Assembly (NCBI GenBank): GCA_002269645.1
Contig: NIVC01002847.1
Coordinates: 1 to 64,000, forward strand
Direction of reading: 5' to 3'
Length of the DNA: 64,000 nucleotides
Origin: Macrostomum lignano
Taxonomy: Eukaryota
In this document: positions 59,967-64,000 of the stretch, in pieces
How positions within the stretch are numbered: position 1 is the first letter of the stretch
Layout of the letters: each line of letters starts with the position of its first letter
Program-made: the position numbers and the translations under genes
The notes under the pieces: generated by a model
What the model was told of the DNA's origin: nothing
Database searches by the model: none
What the model saw: only the letters and a program-made list of their open reading frames with translations

Positions 59967-61519
59967 GGGCCCGTGCTATAGATTTAAGAGCAAGGAGTCA
60001 AGAGTTAGGAGTCAGGAGTGCTCCTAGCCAGGAGTGAACCGATTTTGTGTGCTATAGAGTTCAAGAATCAAGAGTTAGGAGCTAGGATTTGTTCCAAGGA
60101 TAGGACTGAGGAGCTCTAAGGAGTGTGAGGTGATTGGCTAAGGAGTCTGCCAATCTGCGTGCTATATTAAACTCCTAAGTGTATGCACCTTAAGGAGTAA
60201 TTCTAGCAGTTTAAAAAACAACTTACAAGTTTTATTACCCTGTGAAAAACGGCTACGAGCGCGTAAAGCAATAAAACCATTTTAGGCTAAGCTGTGCATT
60301 TAATAGGGGAAAGGGAGCGGGGAGCACATTTAATTAGTTGATAGACTAAGTCAATAGAAAGTGGTTTAACTGCATGCTATCGTAATTAATTGCTTTCATT
60401 TGATAAACAACTAATACTTGTATAAGAGGGGTGCTATAATTAGACACCATAAAATTGGTCATTTTTGTACCCAGCAAAACAGTGCCCATTGTCGGTACAA
60501 ACAAAATAGTACAAGTCGAAATCTGAGATTATTTGTGATGTTTTAAGTTGCAACATGTTTATTGAAAGTGGTGTTGATTCTCATTGAGCGGAAATCGTGA
60601 GTCGCGACATAGAATGAAATTCTTCAAAAAAGTTTATCCTTTGCTTAAATTGCCTGGGTTGCCATCGCCAATCATTGCTCCCCCACCGTCCGAGAATAGT
60701 TCAGTGTTCGATCCAAAAACATGAAAAAAGACACTCCTACTAACCTAGGAGTAAAATTTGGCCCTTGAATTCTTAACTAGGAGTTAGGAGCTAGAAATGA
60801 ATTTCGCTTCTTCTATAAGACACGCACTCCTAAAACTCACTCCTAAACAGCAATTCCTAGCTCCTAGCTCCTACTCTCCGCTCAGTGGCGGCGCAGGGGG
60901 GGGGGGGGGGGGGGGGCGGGCTGCCCCCGGGTGACCACCCCTCACCACCCTCAGGGGGTGACCACCCCCAGGGGGTGACCACCCCCAGGGGGTGACCACC
61001 CACTACTTAAAAAAAATTGGTACTTTACCATATTTTTTCAAAAGTGGTCACCCCATGGGGCATGGGGGTGGTCACCTGAGACCTCAGGGGGGTGGTCACC
61101 CGGTAGGGCCTGTAGGCTGTAAGGGTGGTCACCCTTTGAGGGCGAACCGCGAACTGGGCCTGGGCGATAACGAATCCTAACGATTTTGGAAAGCTGGAAT
61201 GTAATTATTTTTGTGATAATTTTTTTGATAATTTTTTCTGGGGGTGACCACCCAGCCGGGGGGGGGTGACCACCCAACCACCGCCCCCCCCCCCAGCTGG
61301 AGGTCCTGCGCCGCCACTGTCTCCGCTCCTTATTCTATAGCACGCGACAAACCTTAATGAGGTCTCCTAAATTCACCAAGGAGTCTCCTAACGTCCTTAG
61401 GAGCCTCCTAGCTCTTAAAATTTACTCTTGATTCTATGGCACAGAAAAGCCATCTAGGAGCTAGGAGTTAGGACACTCTTAAGGATTTAGGAGTTAAGAG
61501 TATTCTATAGCACGGGCCC
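59967..61519. mobile_element. Non-autonomous PIF/Harbinger-like element
   Basis: 16-bp TIR GGGCCCGTGCTATAGA; 3-bp TSD CTG (59964-59966, 61520-61522); TAGGAG-rich subterminal repeats. Confidence 0.7.
60883..61319. mobile_element. hAT-type MITE nested in the Harbinger-like element
   Basis: 14-bp TIR CAGTGGCGGCGCAG; perfect 8-bp TSD TCTCCGCT (60875-60882, 61320-61327); repeated GGTGACCACC motifs. Confidence 0.85.
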
Positions 61520-61932
61520 CTGCTATACAGAATGCCTTTTCTGTCATGAGCTCCACGGCACACTTTGGATTTTTTGTTCCTAATTAACATGTATGCTCCA
61601 TACCCTCATTTTTCAATGCCAATTTAATTCCTAACAGACGCTCCGGGGATAGAATTTTGATATTCCCGTCCTGCAACTGTAACCCTAACCCCCCGCCTAA
61701 CTGCAGCCGCTTGGAGGGATACATTCACATGGCCAGAGAAGAGAAGTGTTTATTAATAGGGTCTGTGCGTACAGTTTTAAATTCTAAGCCATGGAGCTAC
61801 GCTCGTATAAGCAAGCTTCAATCCCTACACGCTGGCCTTCTTATGTGTTTTCAGCTACTCATGGCCCCTTAAGTAAAAGTCGCTACTCAGTGCGTCTTTC
61901 CTTAACTTGATTTCGTCGAAAAACAGCATCCA

Positions 61933-63783
61933 ATGCTCGACTGCCTGCGGCGCGGTGGACGGCTGTGCGCGACGCGCAGGCAAAGAGTTTTTATCCTGGC
62001 TTTCTTACTGGCCCTGGGCTTGCTGCATCCTTTTGTGACGCTGGATAATCATGTTAAAAAAGCGGCACAAAAACAGAAGCCAGAAATATCAACTGATTCG
62101 ACTGGCTTTCGTACTACGTGGAGTTATAATGTGACTTTGAGCAACTCCGCAGTTCGTCTTCATCAAATGAGCTCTACGAACTCGTCGGTTCGAGCGCCGG
62201 ATGCCCAGCAGAACAAGGAGATCGCTCTGGTCGTGCTAGCCGCTACGAGGCCAGAAGTGCATCAGCTGGTGAGACAGTTGGTAGCTCAAAAGCCTGATAG
62301 CGGATTCCGCATCATGATATCGCTCGATGGCACAGAAAAGCAAACAAACGAGGTCCTGCAGCAGATCGAGACGCCGGAGGTTAAACTGTTGCGGTTAAGC
62401 GACGACAAGAGTCACAAATTCAAGCCTTCAAGCGACACCTACGTAAAGATTGCGCGGCATTACCTGCGCGTGCTGGACCATCTCATTCTGAAGCTGAACT
62501 ACTCCTACGTTGTGCTCATGGAGGACGACCTGCTGATTGCTCCGGATTTCTACCAGTACTTCAGCTCGCTGCGAAGGGCGCTGGATTCGGACGAGAGCAT
62601 CTTCTGCGTGTCCGCATGGAACGACAACGGTCAAATTGGTCTCGTGACCGAGGACCCACAGCTGCTGCACCGGACTGACTTCTTCCCGGGACTCGGCTGG
62701 ATGATCAACCGGCGCCACTGGCTGCAGGTCAGGAAAGTATGGCCGAAGACGCAGTACGACGACTTCCTGAGGCTCTACATGCTGAATAATCGGCTGGTCT
62801 GCGTGCGTCCCGAGCTGTCCCGGACGTTCAACATCGGGCGGAACGGAGGGCGAGTTTCGTCAGGAAAAAACGGGTACAGCTCGACGTTCTATCACAACTA
62901 TCTGAGTCGGATGGCTCTAAACAGTTTCAATGTCACTCTGCTCGACAGCTCTATTGACAAGGTAATTGGTCGCTCAGCTGATATTAAGCTAGAAAAGTTT
63001 GCTCGCAGTCTACCTGTGATGAATGTTTCGACGCTGCTGTCCCAGCCGAAGCCGCCATCGGCTGTGCGTCTTCGCTACGCTTCAGCGGAAGAATTCATCG
63101 GCATAGCTGAGAGAATCGGCGCCATTCCGGAGGTGTGGTTCGGCGCCCCTCGCGCCTCCATCCTCGGAATATCCGTGATGTCGCTGAGAAGAACTCGAGT
63201 CTACATTGTTCCAGACAAACGGCTTCCCATAACTAAAAAGATACTAACACCAGAGCACGTGCGGAAGAAGCAGAAACGGCATCATAATAAAAAGCAAGAT
63301 CCAAAAAAGAACGACGATCCAAAGAAGAAAGAGGATCCTAAGAAGAAAAAGGATTCAAAGAAGAAAGAGGATACAAAAAGGAAACAGGATCCGAAGCAGA
63401 AAGAGGATCCTAAGAAGAAAAAGGATTCAAAGAAGAAAGAGGATACAAAAAGGAAACAGGATCCGAAGCAGAAAGAGGATCCTAAGAAGAAAAAGGATTC
63501 AAAGAAGAAAAAGGATACAAAAAGGAAACAAGATCCGAAGCAGAAAGAGGATCCTAAGAAGAAAAAAGATTCAAAGAGGAAAGAGGATACAAAAAGGAAA
63601 CAGTATCCGAAGCAGAAAGAGGATCCTAAGAAGAAAAAAGATTCAAAGAGGAAAGAGGATACAAAAAGGAAACAGTATCCGAAGCAGAAAGAGGATCCTA
63701 CGAAGAAAGAGGATTCAAGAAATGAAGCAGGATCAAAAGTAGGAATAAGATCTGAAAAAGAATCAGAACCAGAACAGAATTGA
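61933..63783 (+). CDS. MGAT1: Alpha-1,3-mannosyl-glycoprotein 2-beta-N-acetylglucosaminyltransferase-like (GT13), 616 aa, intronless
   Basis: Type-II TM anchor; EDDLLIAPDFYQYF, CVSAWNDNG, RTDFFPGLGWM, RPELSRTFNIG; repetitive Lys/Asp C-terminal tail. Confidence 0.88.
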   Translation: MLDCLRRGGRLCATRRQRVFILAFLLALGLLHPFVTLDNHVKKAAQKQKPEISTDSTGFRTTWSYNVTLSNSAVRLHQMSSTNSSVRAPDAQQNKEIALVVLAATRPEVHQLVRQLVAQKPDSGFRIMISLDGTEKQTNEVLQQIETPEVKLLRLSDDKSHKFKPSSDTYVKIARHYLRVLDHLILKLNYSYVVLMEDDLLIAPDFYQYFSSLRRALDSDESIFCVSAWNDNGQIGLVTEDPQLLHRTDFFPGLGWMINRRHWLQVRKVWPKTQYDDFLRLYMLNNRLVCVRPELSRTFNIGRNGGRVSSGKNGYSSTFYHNYLSRMALNSFNVTLLDSSIDKVIGRSADIKLEKFARSLPVMNVSTLLSQPKPPSAVRLRYASAEEFIGIAERIGAIPEVWFGAPRASILGISVMSLRRTRVYIVPDKRLPITKKILTPEHVRKKQKRHHNKKQDPKKNDDPKKKEDPKKKKDSKKKEDTKRKQDPKQKEDPKKKKDSKKKEDTKRKQDPKQKEDPKKKKDSKKKKDTKRKQDPKQKEDPKKKKDSKRKEDTKRKQYPKQKEDPKKKKDSKRKEDTKRKQYPKQKEDPTKKEDSRNEAGSKVGIRSEKESEPEQN

Positions 63784-64000
63784 GATACGACTAAAGAACT
63801 GATAGCCTGAGCCTCTATCTTTGAAGTCAAAATGACTGACACGAGAAACTTCACTGTCTGTTTTATCTCAAACTAGTTTTTACAAAAATCAGTACTTAGT
63901 GTTACTCCATTATGTGTGATTTGTTCCTTGTTCGAGTATGTCATACTCGATGTCCGACAGCTTTTAACTTCATTGTCTCTGTGGATGCGCATATACTTGA

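Overview
Repeat-rich metazoan genomic DNA. GC-rich exons, minisatellite-filled introns and splice acceptors just before start codons suggest a flatworm such as Macrostomum (inference only). Host genes: an Ack/TNK2-type tyrosine kinase (minus strand, 5 exons seen, rest apparently outside the window), a single-exon ING3-like PHD gene, an orphan Gly/Ser-rich gene, a two-exon orphan type-I membrane protein, and an intronless MGAT1/GT13 glycosyltransferase with a 24x hexapeptide Lys/Asp tail. The main feature is a 15.6-kb endogenous Polinton/Maverick-type virus (adintovirus-like) at 40484-56115. It has AGTAG...CTACT ends, about 0.75-kb terminal inverted repeats and a perfect 6-bp target duplication (GGCCAT). 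It encodes integrase, protein-primed PolB, adenain protease, packaging ATPase, major and minor capsid proteins, an adenovirus pX-like core protein, a parvovirus-type PLA2, a hydrophobic membrane protein, a coiled-coil protein, two paralogous small ORFs inside the TIRs and an unannotated intron-containing gene. It sits inside a solo-LTR-like element whose uninterrupted sister copy 260 bp away shows the empty site. Also present: a 5'-truncated RT-RNase H LINE with TSD, a tRNA-derived SINE sharing a 3' motif with that LINE, several MITEs (one nested pair) and many tandem arrays.
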